A stretch of 64,000 bases of DNA from Phaeosaccion multiseriatum (lineage: Eukaryota > Protista > Ochrophyta, other classes): the NCBI GenBank assembly GCA_965112735.1, contig OZ218963.1, positions 1,922,001 through 1,986,000 on the forward strand, in the 5' to 3' direction. Positions 27,501-41,473 of the stretch are shown in pieces (the stretch's first letter is position 1; each line of letters begins with the position of its first letter). The notes beneath the pieces were generated by a model, which saw nothing but the letters and a program-made list of their open reading frames with translations, was not told where the DNA came from and did not search any database. A program made the translations under genes and the position numbers.

Positions 27501-30500
27501 CCCTCTCCCCCCCCCCCTTCTCTCTTGCCCCCTTTTCAAGCCTCGCACTTTGCTTGGAAATCGTTATTTTTCAGTCCATTCGCTCGAGCCGAGTCGTAAA
27601 CCACATTCAAAAGCAAAGAAGCGCCACAGGCTGCCATCCAATGGATGATATTGGACCAACCTATAGTTAATGTCGGGCCGCATGTCGGGGGCAGTCAAAG
27701 TGTCTTTGAACTTGTTCATGATTAGCTCGCAACGGCGTCGAGAGGGCATTACGCCGTTAATGCTGAGCGCGCGTTCGAACTTGGTCGCCGGAATACGGCC
27801 CGTGTGAAGCGCGTCAAAGTCCAGGAAGGGAGGGGCCATCTCCAGCCGGCGCTCAATCACCTGGACAAGGTGAAGATACCGTTACAGAACAAGGTCCGTA
27901 CAGTTTGCATTGGTCAGATAGAGCCGAGCACAGAGCCGAGTAGAGCACAACAGAGCGCACACAAAGAAGCAAGGGGCGCGAACAAACGCGCAGGGCGGAG
28001 GTAAGAATAGTAAGAGTAAGGAAGGAGAGAGAGGTGGAGGAGAATAAGAAGGGAGGAAAGGAAGGATCCAGACATCCACGCATACAGGCACACAAGCATG
28101 CATCGCTCTAGGCAGTTTGTGATGGCCTTTGCTGCCTGAAGGCTACACAAGGCAAGACCAGCCACCCCGATTGGAAGAGCGAGACCCACTCACGTACCTT
28201 GTGGGCAATGTCGCCAAGGCAGCGCAGCAGCTCCTCTTCGTCCTCTGCCTTCGTCTCCTCCTCCTCCTCCTCCTGCCCTTGGAAGAACGGATTCGGCCCG
28301 CCCACGGAAGAATGCCCGTCCTGGTCATCCTCCTGCCTGCTACCACCTTGTTGCCCCCCATCGTCAAGCATACCTCCAGTTTCCCTGCTGCTATCAAGGC
28401 CTCCATCTCCCCTTCTCCCCGGCGACACCGTTGCTGCTGATGCTGCTGATGCCCCAAACAGCGGCGTGGTGTCCCCGGCGACGTGTGCGTGCAGCGCCGC
28501 TTGGACAGTGTCGTGTCGGCAGCACTCGATGGTCTCATGAACGTCAATCTCGGGATGCTGCTCAAGGTCGGGCACGCGATCCAGCCTCTCCACGTCCTTT
28601 ACAAAGGCCTTCCACAGCACAAATGCCTCCCCAACGTCGTCCACCAGAGGCCTGCTGCTGCTTGACCTTAGGCTGCTTGACCTTCTAGTTGGCCTGCTTG
28701 ACATCCCTCCTGCTCCCCTACCCCCCAGGAGGTAAGAGGGAGCAGACAAAGACTCGGGGGGAGAGGAGCCTGGGCAAGAAGGAAAGACTGTCACTGCTGC
28801 TGCTGTTGTCGCTCCTGCTGCGGCCGTCGCGCTGTAGGCGTCACAGAGAGATTTCATCTCCACCGGACTGAGCTTAAAGCCTGTCAGTACCACCCCCCGG
28901 GAGAACTTTTCGCGCGTAATGTTGCCCGATCGCAGCTTGTCGCCGTCGGAGAAGAACTCGCTCATGCGCAGTCTCTTTCTGTGGGCAAAGAGCGACAGGG
29001 CGGCGAGCAGCTGCACAATGTCTCTGTCCCACGGGGTGCCCATCACCACGGCCGAGCAGTGCTGCCCCAGACCCATGTTGCTGCCCGTTGCGCGGGTCTT
29101 GTTGCTCTTGGTGTTGGTGGTGTTGTTGGTGGTGGTGGTGCTGTTGTTATTGTTGTTGTTGCTGTTGCGATTCGTTCCTCCTCCCATTTCCAGTATGTTG
29201 GTGGCGTTGCGGCCAAAGCTCCCCGACCGACTCACGCCTACGCTTCCTCCTCCCTGCGGCGGCTGCAGCCTGCCGCTCCCCCTGTAGTGAGCCTCGTCAC
29301 CAAGAGGGCTAGTAGTAGCAGCATTCGCGGTGTCGTAATCAGGACTGCTATAACTCCCTTGTCCCATGCAAGAAGCCAGCCCCCCCGAGGTCGAAGCGGC
29401 ACTCTCCTTCAGCACCGCCGCCTTTGCCTTGAGCCTTGCTTCCTGCTTGGCCAGGGACAAGTCATTCTCCCCGATGCTTAGCACCCCCGCCCCCCCACCG
29501 CCCGAGGAGGAGGGGGAGGAGGAGGATGGAGCTGAGTGGCGGCGCGTATCCAAGCTGCCATCCCCGACCAAGGCCAAGAAGGCACGGTAATTGACAAACT
29601 TGTCGGCAGGGTGGCGAGGGTCGCTCTCGGCGGCGAAACGCTCGAACATCTTGTTGAGGCAGGAGAATGAGAATTGTAAGTAGTAGAGAGGAAGAGAGCA
29701 GTAGACGGACCCCTCCTCTCTCCTTACCTTGGTGGCAAGCGCGGATGGCTTGGGCAGGAGGTGGAACATGGACAGCACCCTGCTGAATTGGTCGAAGGTG
29801 ACGTGTTGCTCGTTGCGGAGATCGAAACCTACGAGGGCAGGTTTTAGCATGATGCTGTCACGCTTCACCTGTTTTCGTAGTAGATACGTGAGAGTATGTA
29901 CCCAAGAAAGGAGAGAGAGAGAGAAGAGAGTCACAGCAGAACCCAAACCACAACAGCAAAGATAGGCCAAACGATAGGCCAGCAGGAGCGAAGTGAGCTC
30001 AGGAGCCTACGGCGTATACACGATGCTTCTTTCTTTTTGTCCACCCTCCCTCCCTCCCTCCCTCCCTTCCTTCCTCACCTTTTGCTGCAAGTCCTCGAGT
30101 ACGCGAGTCACTTCCTGCTCCGAGATTAAAGTCGGGGCCGCGGAGCCTACCGACCCACCTCCCACACTGATGCTTCCGCTGACGCTGCTGCTCGTCGTCG
30201 TTGGTATTGGAGCCCTTCGCTCTCCTCCTTCTCCTCCCCCTACCCCGTCCGCAAACGTCACACTCGCAGCTCCGGCAGCAGTATCAACACCAGCATCGGC
30301 ATCAGTTGTAGCAGAGTTCTCCTCACCAGCAATGCTCCCCACGCCGCCTCCTCCTAATCCTACTCTTACTCCTCCTCCTCCTCCTCCTCCTCCTCCTCCG
30401 CCTCCTCCTACTCCTACTCTTACTCCTCCTCCTCCTCCTCCTCCGCCTCCTCCGCCCAATCTTTCTCCTGCAACAGCCAGCTGTGCTCTCTTCTCAACGT

Positions 30501-32855
30501 AACTCCGGACATTCTTCACAAACGCCCTCCAATGAACTTGGTTGGGTACCTGCCGGAATCTGTTACCCCCCCCGCCATTGCTCTTCGCTCCTCCTGAGTC
30601 GGACGAATAGCACTGCGTCAAGAGCCCGAGTTGGGCGTCAGTCAATCCGATGGGGAAGGCGAGCACCAAGGCTCGAGTGAAGTCGGAAGCGCGACACCAT
30701 CCCGTGTGGAAGGTATCGTGTACAGCAAAGACGTCCTCCAGGGGAAGCCGCTCCCGGAGGGCCTTAGGTCGGGTCGGGTAGGGGAGGGGAGGTGCAGGAT
30801 GAGGAGGAGCTGCCCCTCGTGCCTTACTCATGGTAGCTCACCGCTGCCGCATGCCTTTTGATAAGAAGTACTACTTCCTCTCGCTCACCTTTTCCAAGCG
30901 CCTGTCTCGGAAACGTTTAAGGAATACTCAAGCTCACTCACCATAGCGGCCATTTTGGCCTCCAGCGGCTCCAGCGTGGCCTGCAAGTCAGCTCTGGTAT
31001 AACCGCGAGAAGAAGATGCTTCTTCGGTAGAGGAACTTTCTCCTCGGAGGCCACCTTCTGTGAAGCAACCCGTGACGCTGGCCAGATCGTCTTCTCCGGT
31101 GGCGCTGAGGTGCACATAGTCGTGCTCTACCGTCATGGAACCGTCATTATACGGTTCTTCGAGAGGTGTAACGTCCGAATGGAGAGCGCGGTAGCAAATG
31201 GAGCCTCGCTTCGTGTCGTAGGCTTTGGCAATGAGACGGGCCTCCTCGGGGGCGAAGCTTCCCCGAGTGAGAGAGTCCATCTGACGAAGAAACTGGGGAG
31301 GGAGGGAGGAAGGGAGGGAGCGAGGGAGGGAGCGAGGGAGGGAGAGAGGTGAGAACGCACGTACAGGAGACAGCAGATTGCGCCTTTTGAGCATTGGTTT
31401 TGAATCCTCCCCCTTCCCCGCCACGAGGCTGACATACCTGGGCGAGGCTGACACTTCCGTTGTTGTTCTTGTCGAAGTCCGCGAACATTTGCTTCACCAC
31501 GAGACCCTGAGTACATAGAGTGGACGGGAAAGGAAGACACACAAAGAAAATCGAGGCGACATAGGGTTGACAACCCGAAATGAATAGAAGCACAGCAGGG
31601 TACGACAAAGCTGGCCCACATCAGGGAGGCATGCGAGACGTACCTCCGTTTGCACCATCTTGCGAATAGCATCTAGCAGGCGTGCTAACATTGCCCTCTC
31701 AGAAACCTTGGGCTTCCCCTTCCCCTCCTGCCTTTGGCTCCCCAGGGCGGGCTTCTTGGCCTCATCCGTTCCGTCTTCGAAGACAGGTCCAAGGTCCGGA
31801 TTGTTGAGGCCCATCTGCTCCCTCGAGGTTCGATTGGTGCATGGATCACTGAGGTGCACTGCGTCCATGGGGTTGAGCTCGAGATGCTTGTGGGTGAATA
31901 TCTTGTCGATTTGATCACAAAAGCGGCCATAGTCCACCATGAAGCCGCCGAACGAAGACTCGGACGTGGAGTAGCGAATGGCGAGCAACTCGGCCTCCTG
32001 ATGATGGACATGACAGAGATTAAGGGGTGAGGGAAGGGAAGAGGGGCGAGGAGTAAAGTTGGGAAGGTGAGGAAAGGGATGAACGGGTAGAGGTCATACT
32101 GAGGGGGGGGGGTGGGGGAGCATGTGACATACTAGTACTTCAGATAGGGCGACGAGGGAGAGAGGGGCGGGGGGGAGAAAGAAGCGGGAGAAGAAGGGAG
32201 GGGACAAGGGAGAAAGAGAGACAGAGAGAGAGAGAGAGACCTGTACACCTTTCCCCCACCCCCCACACACGAGTCCCAATCGTTGGCGGACACAAGACGG
32301 GCATGATCAGAACAGGCGGTTGCGGCTATACTACTTCCACACGCACCGCCGTGGTGAGGAGGTTGACTGCTCCAGATGGGGGCAGAGGGGCGTTCCCTGT
32401 AGCGGGCACCACGAGCTCCGCCATTATCAACCCCCTGATGAAGTTTTCCTGCGAGACAAGATGAGAGGGAAAGTCGAGAATCAGCTCACTTCATTCCGGG
32501 CTTAACAGAGAGATGAGATGCAGCTCCCCTCTCTTGCAAGTGTGCTAGTTAATACCTTGGTAATCTTTTTGTTGTGGTGGGAGTCGAAGGTCTCAAAGAA
32601 GGAACAAAGTCTCAGTCTACGCTCTTTGCAGAGCGCACGGATGCGGTCCTTCAATGGTCTTATGGGACTGTTGACGCCCTTCGTCATGAGATAGGACCTC
32701 CTTTTCTCCTCCTCGTCTTGTTGCAGCTCCATTTCCCGCTCCTTCTCGTGCGCCCCCCCTCCTCCTTCTACCTCCACGTCTCGCCCCTCGACGTCGAACG
32801 AGGCAAAGTCTTCCTCGGAGGCCGAATCCGCGGCCATGATGTCGTCACTCGCCAT
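24569..32855 (-). CDS. Large multi-exon protein with many degenerate EF-hand-pair repeats (EFCAB6-like architecture)
   Basis: Repeated units such as RRLRLCSFFETFDSHHNKKITK, MFADFDKNNNGSVSLAQFLR, MSEFFSDGDKLRSGNITREKFSRG, FLDFDALHTGRIPATKFERAL and YFSDFDRSCRHKITANHFFSVL, each followed by a VNYRAF-type helix. Confidence 0.75.
26632..27160. repeat. Intronic 8-bp minisatellite CCTCAC(TA/TG/GA)
   Basis: About 60 degenerate tandem units. Confidence 0.9.
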
Positions 32856-33157
32856 GAGCGAAGTGCTGCTAGGGCTGGAGAAGAACTGAAGGAATGATGG
32901 AAAGCAACAAGAAAGCGTAGAGAGAGTGGGAGAGAGAGAAAAGCGGTGGGAGAGGGTGGTGAGGCAGGTACAGAGGGATAAATGGCGATAAGGACTGGAG
33001 ACACTCACATGTAGCCTCTTTATTAGCGACCTACGATACGCTTTTCCCCCCGTGGAGCACCAGAAAATTCTGAAACGCTTTTACAGATGGCGACGTCGTG
33101 ATATCCTTCCCGTACTTATACCTTTTTCAATTTTGTATTAAACGCTGGGAGGTTTCA

Positions 33158-33769
33158 TCAGAGCGCCAGCATTGGCATGCAGAGTGGGCTGTCATGTGCC
33201 CATGCCTCCTTTTGTATGTCATCGCAGAGCCCTTCTACTTGACTGAGCTTGCACATGTCGGTAGTGAGCACAAAGCCCGCCCCCTCCCCCCCCTCCTGAA
33301 GGCATACATACACACGGGATGGGCAAATAAACACACACGCACGCGCAACGCGCACATGCACGCACACACATACAAGCCACCAGGGGTACGGAAAGAAGAG
33401 GAGCGGGCGGAGGGAGAGACGGAGAACAGAAAGGGGGGCAGAGCACAGCCGCACGGCAGCTTCGTAAGGGCAGGGGGAAGATGCCTTGTCTCGACAGGGG
33501 TGAGAAGACCCAGTTTAGGTGCCCACACTGGATGAAGATCAAGCGAAGGGGTGGGAGGGGTCTCTCCCTCTCCACTCCTCTCCTCTCCTGTCTTTCGTTT
33601 CCGACTCAACTCACCGCCTGTGATTCTGAGGCCCCTCCCCTCCGCTGGGGAGCGCTGTTGAGCACCTGATTAATGCTCACACCCCTCTTCGCCGCCAACT
33701 TACCAACGCAACCCAGCACACCCTCCTCACCAAGCATGGGGGGCAGAGGGGGGGGGGAACGGCAACGGT

Positions 33770-33864
<95 letters not shown>

Positions 33865-36653
33865 CCAGCAGGTGAGGAGGCGTCGCAGCCACAATTGCAT
33901 GGGTTTCCGGTTGGAGGGGAGTGCACGGGGGGTTCGCAGCACAATCAAACGCCCAAACAAGCGAAGGGAGTGGAGCAGAGGAGGCTTATCGCGGTCCTCC
34001 CTCCCTCACGCTCACAGATCAAAGTCCTCCTTGTGGCTCTTGTCACCCTCTCCCCCCCCGCCCTTACTTGCTGCGTGGCCTTGGCTGCGGCTCTAACGTA
34101 GAAGCAGCCGCTGAAATCCGCGTCAAAAGTCCAGCTCTTGTGGAAGGGGAAGGGAGCCCCGAGAGAGCCGTTCGACAGTCGGATGATGTCGTTGACCACC
34201 GAGTTGGCCGTCGGGTATCTGGGCGGGGGAGGATTACAAGGAGCGAGTGTGTGTGTTTTCTATGCGTGTGTGCGTGTGTGTGCGAGTGTGTGCGTGTGTA
34301 TGCGTGTGTGTATGTGTGCTCCCGTCAGAAGAATACCCCCTCCCTCCCTTGACTTACCTCCCCGCTCCTGGCCCCGAGAACGTGCTCTGCGTGAGGTTGA
34401 AACTGTCAATCACCACCATGTTGCCCGCGCCTCTTGCCGTGGCCAAGGGGTGCTGCAGCGGGACCATGACGGGCGACACGAACACCGACAGCTTGTCTTC
34501 CGCCTTCATTGCAGTGCCTAGGGTCAGGTCATGGGTGTCAGGTCATGGGTGTCAGGTCATGGTACCAAGAGGAGGCACGTCCAGGAGGATCAGGCCAGGG
34601 TCAGGAACGGCTTGGGATGGCATTCAATAGCCACGGGCGGGCAAAGGGTGGGAGTGGGGGTGGGGTGCTTCAGAGCTCCAGGGTCACTAAGTGTAAGAAG
34701 TTCTACCCTCCCTTGCTCTTGTAGCCTAGTGAAGTGAGCGGGTGAGTCTCGTACAATCCTTCTCACCTGTGAGCTTGATGGTGCAACCCATGTTCTTGGC
34801 GAAGGCAAAGTCCGTCGAGGTGAGTGCAGAGATTCCCTTGCAGGGCACCTGGGGAGGGGGGCCATTGGAGATAGTAGTGGATGGCACATCTCAATTATTA
34901 CCACACGAAACATGGGCCACACAAGAGCGGACTCAACAAACAAACAAACAAACAAACAAACAAACAAACAAACAAACAAACAAACAACAAACATAGGAAG
35001 AAAGGCAAAACAAATAAACAAGACGCCATAATAGACCTGCGCCAGCGGAACATCGGGCCCAAAGGCGAGCTTCGCCAGGAGAGCGATCTTAGCCTGCACG
35101 TCGAAACCGCCCACATCCGCCGTCGGATCGGCTGGGGGAGAATATGGGGAGGTATTTGGGTTATTTTGTGTGTGATATGAGAAAAGGTGTGAGTAGACGA
35201 CACAGAGGCACAAAGGGATAGATCGGATAGAAAAGAGGCGATTCGTAAGAGTCGTGCCCCCGCCCGTGCTTGTGTGTGTGTTTGAAATTGTCGTAATCCT
35301 TTTCGAGGAATGGGGATGAAGAAGCGAAAGGTTGCCCTCTGCTCGCTGCACGATACGCTTCCAACCAACCTTCTGCGTAGCCAAGATCCTGCGCTTCCTT
35401 CAGCACCTCATCGTACGCCGCGCCACTCTCCATCTGTGAGTCAAGGGCGAACAGAAAAAGGAGCGTTATGGACGACTCACTCCAAGCAGCATTGCATGGG
35501 CCAAGCGCCGCCGCCGCCGCCGCCGCCGTAGCAGCAGCAGCAGCAGTTCGTGATACAGTAGCAATGAATCCACCCGCCCTTGCTGTGGCGCATGCCTATC
35601 CACCAAAACGACCCCTCAAAATACTAAAACACCTTAAGCACAATGCAAGTGTTTGGAGCACCTTGGTGAGCATGAAGTTGGTGGTACCGTTCATGATGCC
35701 CTCGACTTTAGAAATCGAGTCTCCCAAGAAGTCCTGCTGCAGCGTGTTGATGATGGGGATGCCTGGAAAGAGAGACAGACTGGGGAGTAAGAAGGGAAGA
35801 TAAAGGGAGAGGGGAAGGGGAGAGTCTTCTCTGTAACTGTAATATGAGTACGAGCCTGACTCACGCACCTCCGCATACAGCCGCCTCATATCCAAGCTTG
35901 GCCTGCGGGCTGGCCACGAGGGCCTGCTGCACCTGAAAAGGCATCGCACAAGATAACGAGAAGATAAGACTAGATGATAGGAGCTAAGCTGAGTGGGCCA
36001 GACATTGTGCCTGACCTACCTACCTCGCTGACGTACTCGGCTAGCAGCGCCTTGTTCGCAGTGATGACGCTCTTGCCTTTCAACAGGGCCTTGAATACAA
36101 CATCCTTGGGGTAGAGGAGAAGAAGAAAAAGAACAAAAAAAAAAAGGAGGAGGAGGAGGAGGAGGAGGAGGAGGAGGAGGAGGAGGAGGAGGAGGAGGAG
36201 GAGGAGGAGGAGGAGGAGGAGGAGGGAGGGGAGCAATTGTGAGTCAGCCACTCTTTCATCCAAGCTATATATTAAAGTAGAGTCCCACCCTGTAAGCTTA
36301 CCTTGGCGCTCGTTGTGCCCCCCATGAGCTCTAATACGCAGTTAATGGAGTCATCTTCGAGGATGTCGTCATAGTCCGTCACCAGAGAGGTGTGGTCCAG
36401 CATAGTGAAAGAGCGGGCTTTACCGACGTTTCGCACGCAAATCTGAGGAGGAGGAGGAGGAGGAGGAGGAGGAGGAGGAGGAGGAGGAGGAGGAGGAGGA
36501 GGAGGAGGAGGAGGAGGAGGAGGAGGAGGAGGAGGAGGAGGAGGAGGAGGAGGAGGAGGAGGAGGAGGAGGAGGAGGAGGAGGAGGAGGAGGAGGAGGAG
36601 GAGGAAGATGTGGTGGTGGTGTTATAGGAGGAGGAGGGGGAGTAACAGCAGAA

Positions 36654-36737
<84 letters not shown>

Positions 36738-37276
36738 GAGGAGGAGGAGGAGGAGGGTGGTGGTGGTAGTAGTCGTGGTTGTGGTGGTGGTGATGGTGGT
36801 GGTGGAAGTGGTGGTGGCATTGATGTGTTGATATGATGGGTTTAGAAGTCGTCGTCAGACAAGAGGAGAGGAGAAGGATGATTGATGGCGAAGATAAGGT
36901 GATGCTGTATTAGGAATCAACGAGCAGCGTAGCCACGCCGACAGTCTTTTGATTGCGCGCACTGTGTCTTGGCCATCAATCCGCCTCTCAACAAATAAAT
37001 ACCAACCTTGACGATGGACACATCAGCGCCGAGCGACTTCAGCAGCGCTTTCTTGGTCGCCTCCACGATTTCGTACACACCTTCGTCATACAGAATGCAA
37101 AGGACGGCATAGGGTAAAGCGGGGAAAGAGGGAGTCAGGAGGGCCGAAGGCCTATTGAGGGCTGAGGAAGAGGGAGAAGAGAAAAAAAAAATCGGCGCCG
37201 TCTGTAGCATGCATGATACTCACTTACCTCCACCCACCGTCCCACCACCGAACATTCCAATGCGGAGGGGAGCCAT
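33158..37276 (-). CDS. hom: Homoserine dehydrogenase with C-terminal ACT-like domain; multi-exon
   Basis: MAPLRIGMFGGGTVGGG (Rossmann fold), VLELMGG, KSVITANKALLA, EAAVCGGIPII, EGIMNGTTNFMLT, LKEAQDLGYAEADPTADVGGFDVQAK, GPGAG..PTANSVVNDI, GVLGCVGKLAAKRGVSINQV. Confidence 0.92.
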
Positions 37277-37397
37277 GTTTTAAGCTGATAGTGTTTTTTC
37301 GTAGTGAAAGAAAGTTGTCAGCTGTGACCGGCAGGGCGAGCTCGTCGCTCGCTCGTAGGAACCGAAAAAATAGAGCGAGAGAGGAGACACGTACGTT

Positions 37398-38933
37398 ATG
37401 AGGAAGGTATCACCAGCAGTGCTCTCTGCAGTGCTGACTCTAGCAGCTGTCAAGCAAACTGCGCATGCCTTTGTCTCGCCTCAGCCTGTGTTGAAGCACA
37501 CAGTGTCCCCCTCGTCAGCAACAGGAGGGGGGCTCTCAAGGCGGCCAGCAAGGGAAGGTGTGAATCCTGGGTCGCGCTCAGGAGAACCGTCTCTATGTGC
37601 AAGACGTGGAGAGCGGAGACAAGGGCTGTCTTTGAGTAGGCTGGGCATGGCAGGAGAGGGGGGTGGCGGCTTCGGGGAGGGGTCAAAGGGTAGGAAGAAG
37701 AAGGGCGGAAAGAAAGGGCGAGGCAGCAAGGCGCAGCCACAGGGGCCGACTGGACTGGACTACATCAACAGCCCCGAGTCGAACGACTACATGAACAGGA
37801 ATATTGCCGGAGCAGACGCAGCGGTGGAGGCACTTGACCGCAACCGAGGGGAGACGCTCAGCAGAGGAGCCTTGGATGCGACGGAAACGGGAGACAAGCT
37901 GGACATCGATGCATTGCTCACCAAGATAGGGATAGACAATAAGGACATGGGGTCAAAGACGGACGGCGTTCAGCCTAAGCCAGGTACGTCGATGGCGTCA
38001 GTTTCCCCCTCGCGCGTGTTTCCTGAGATGATTTGGTGCTATCTCTTGCACCTCGATACGAACCACCCTCAGCGTCGGACCTCCCTCCAGCGTATGACTC
38101 CATTTACGAAACATCGCACTGCCCCTCTCATGTCGTTTCGCTGTCGTTGCTATCTCGGTACACTACGACAGGGGAGGAGGTTATGATTACCGTATTTGAC
38201 GTCATACCCGACAGTGTGCAGAACGTGTTTGAGAAGATCCTCATCGTCGGTTTCTCTCTGGCTATGCTCTTCTTCGTGGCAGTGGGCTGTGGTATTGGCA
38301 TCGAGGTAGGAAGGACCAAGCGAGGGGGTCACCAGTCCCATTGGCTTGTATGAAAGACTCCTCCTCGCTCTACCCTTTGTCATGGGGCATTTCCCGCCCA
38401 CCGCATCCGTCGACTCGCTAAACGCTAATCACAGAAGGGGGCGGTTGAGAGTATCGCCCCTGTGCACCCGCGACCCCGGGTCTTTGAAATGGAGCTCGGG
38501 AAGAAAATGCCACTGACGTTGCTCCCCCCTCTCTCTCTCTCCTATATTTTTCTCTCTGGTGCTGTTGCTCTCCCTGTGGGGTGACAGGCCTACGCAAAGG
38601 CCAGTGGAAACCCGCTGCCCGACTCGCTAGACCATCTCATTGCGGACGTGTTGGAGCCCAAGTTCACCCCCTCGCTCTTTGTTGTCTTCGGCTTCTCCAT
38701 CACGCTCGGCATATTCAAGCTGGGGCAGGCAGGAGGCGCCAAGGCTCAGTACAGGTACGTGAAGGAAGGGAGCAGCACAGCTACACAGACACAGTGCCAT
38801 AAGGGTTCCCGTCCAGCTAAACTGATTCGAGTGTCTGTACTCTTTGGAGGAGTCCTTTCCCTCGTTTTCTCACCCCCTCTTCTCGCCGTCCTGCTCCCGC
38901 CTTCATCCGTTCTGGATATACAGGGAAGACTGA
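37398..38933 (+). CDS. Putative plastid-targeted two-TM membrane protein of unknown function
   Basis: Signal peptide ending TAHA-FVSP (ASAFAP-like), an Arg/Ser-rich transit region, TM segments ILIVGFSLAMLFFVAVGCGIGIE and FTPSLFVVFGFSITLGIF, and a spliced end YRED* (38924-38933). Confidence 0.7.
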
Positions 38934-39339
38934 GGTGGAGCGAAAGGGCGGGGAGTAGGCTGATTAACATGACGCCACCACAACCCTCCTTGGCATTGAC
39001 TGCCATCGGTCTCTGCGTGCACAGAGGAGGCCAGTCAGTAGGAACAACACCACCACAGGCACAGCCACGTTCTTTTTTACTACTTCGACGTTTTTAGACT
39101 AAAAACGTATCAAACGCACCCCCCCCCCCCTCCCCATTTAGAGAAGTACTGAGCACTTTCTTTGATTGAGCGTAAATTGTACCACGAGAGTAGGGGGAGT
39201 AGTGTGATGGTCATACGCAGCATCACGCAATGATTGGGCAAGTTTGAGGGGTGGTCAGAGCAAACACACTTCTCTATACATCGAAAAACAGCTGCAGTAC
39301 CAACAGTAAATATTATAAAGTTGTTTTTTTCTTTCCTTT

Positions 39340-41347
39340 TCAGCTCTGGAAAGCGTCCCGGAGGAGCTTTCGAGCACGCTCGCAAGCCGCGAGGGCATCT
39401 TCGGAGGAAGAAAATCCGGTTTCCCCACCTTCCCCCAACCCCCCCCCGGCTTGGTCACTGCCGCTTCTGTGGGAGCTGGTGTCGCCTCCTACGGTGGCCT
39501 CGGCATGTCCCGTCAGAGCCAACAGAGTCCACTCCCAGCCCGCACGAAGGGTGAGAGCCGCCGATGGAGAGTCCTGCTCGAGGGAGGCAGCCGAGCCTCC
39601 TCTCCGACTTGCAACAGAGTCCAAGGCCGGGTGGCAGTGGGCCCATGGGCAATACGAGTGGTGCTGAGCTAAGGCATGCATCCTTCCCATCACAGCACCG
39701 GAGCCCCTTCTTCTCTTCTTACTGCTGCGCTCACGCTCCTCCGCCCCCCCCGCATCATCACCTCCTTCCACTCTCGCCTGGTCTCCGTCTCCAGCGGCTC
39801 CTTGTGTTGACCAGTTTGCCCCTTCCCCCACCGCGGGTAGGAAGTTCCACGCCCCGACTCGACGACCACACACCGAGCAAACCAATTGCACCTTCTCCCT
39901 CTCACTCCCGTCCCCAAGCCTTGACGCTGCTGTTGCTCGTACTCCATGCCAACCGAAGACTGCGAGAGCCGTGCATATCCCCATCAGGTTGGCAGCAATG
40001 TCCTGCACACCACTATCAACGTCGCCTTCCACTTCGTCCGCCCCGGGAGGGAGCACTACCGCCACAGGCCCACCTACTTGGGCCCCGTCTCCTTGTGGGA
40101 TATCCCGTCCGCTGCCATCCTTCTCTTCCCGAGCCGACTCCCTCCACAAGCTTCGACCCAAGTCCGAGAGTTGTTCCATACGCGGGAGCACTGGAGAGGT
40201 CGGGGCCCGAAGGTGGTAGCAAAAATACCGTAAGGGGCGCCGGGAGAAGGCGAGAGGGAATGTGCAGTTAGAAGTCATGTGTCTCTCAACACAAGGACAG
40301 CGCAAAAGGCTCGGAAGAAGGAGAGAAGGTGACAGATCCGAGCCTGCTTACCGCCGTGAAGTTTTCTGCCCGACTCGTCCGGCAGCTGCAGCTCTGGAAG
40401 CGCGCCCTTGTTCTCTCTGGCCAGGGGCACGAGGCTAGCCAGGCGAGCCCGCAGATCAGCCAGGAGTTCGTCTGGAGGGAGAGCAGGGAACTGGATGCGG
40501 GCAAGGGGCAAGAGGAGGGTTGCAGTGACGTGTGTGGGAGAGGATGGGTGAGGCAAAGCAGAGGAGGACAGAAACCGCTCCCGATCCAATCACCCTCCCT
40601 GCACCTGTAGGAAGGCTTCAGAGCAGGCGTTCTCTCGCCAGGGACAGAGTGGCTCGTGCGCCTCACTTAGCTGGTCCGAGAAGGTGTCTCCCTCTGTTGC
40701 AGTACCTCCTTGGTCTCCACCTCCTGGCAATTAAGTAAGGGAATTAGGGCCTCGCTTACAACGAAGCCAGCCCCAGCAGCCAAGTGCAGCTCACCTGGAC
40801 GCGGGGACGCAGCTACAGTCTGTGTAGAGCCAGGCACTGGCTTCGAAGTGCGTGAAACTCTGAAGGCCAGCTTTCCAGGCTCGAAGTTGAGCTGCGCGTT
40901 GCAGCAGGCGCAGGTGAGCACATCTCTCGATGCGTTGACCCAGCCGTGCCGAGCGCATTGTAAAGAAGACACGACTGCGGGCTTGGCGAACCACGTCACG
41001 GATCTTCAGCACGAAGGAGAGAGCGGGGGGCGTGAGGGGAAACGCGCAGGACAAGCCAAGTTAGTTTAGAAAGGGACTTTTCTCTTGAGTCGCTGGGTCG
41101 GCCCTCACCGGAAAGTTTTGAATCGATCCAGAAAGTCCAAGTAGTCCCAAGGTCTGCATCTTTGGGTCCCGCCCTTGCTCGCGGAGCCTCGCTTAGTAGT
41201 ATTTCCCTCCTCCCCCCCCTCTGTGCCCTCTCTGCTGTTTCTCCTGCGCTGTAGCTGTCCCTGCGGCTTCTGCTGCTGCTGGCTCGGCTGCACGATCTCG
41301 CTCCAGTGAAGTAGGACACGGTCCACCTCATCAGTGATGCTTCCCAT
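39340..41347 (-). CDS. ZC3HC1/NIPA/Rsm1-like C3HC zinc-finger protein
   Basis: CRPWDYLDFLDRFKTF, WFAKPAVVSSLQCARHGW..LTCACC, LAVFGW, VCSVCGRRVGAWNF, HHSYCPW. Confidence 0.85.
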
Positions 41348-41473
41348 CGGGGAAAGGGGTCGCTGTGGAAAAAGTGGTGGGTTTTGGGTGTGAGGGGACA
41401 GGGCAAGCCAAAGTTCCAGTTTGGTAGGGCTTCTTTCTTTCCTCCTTTTCTATAACCCTAACCCCAAATTTAT

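Noticed and set aside
41455-41470. Telomeric repeat
   Set aside because: Only one or two imperfect CCCTAA units are present.
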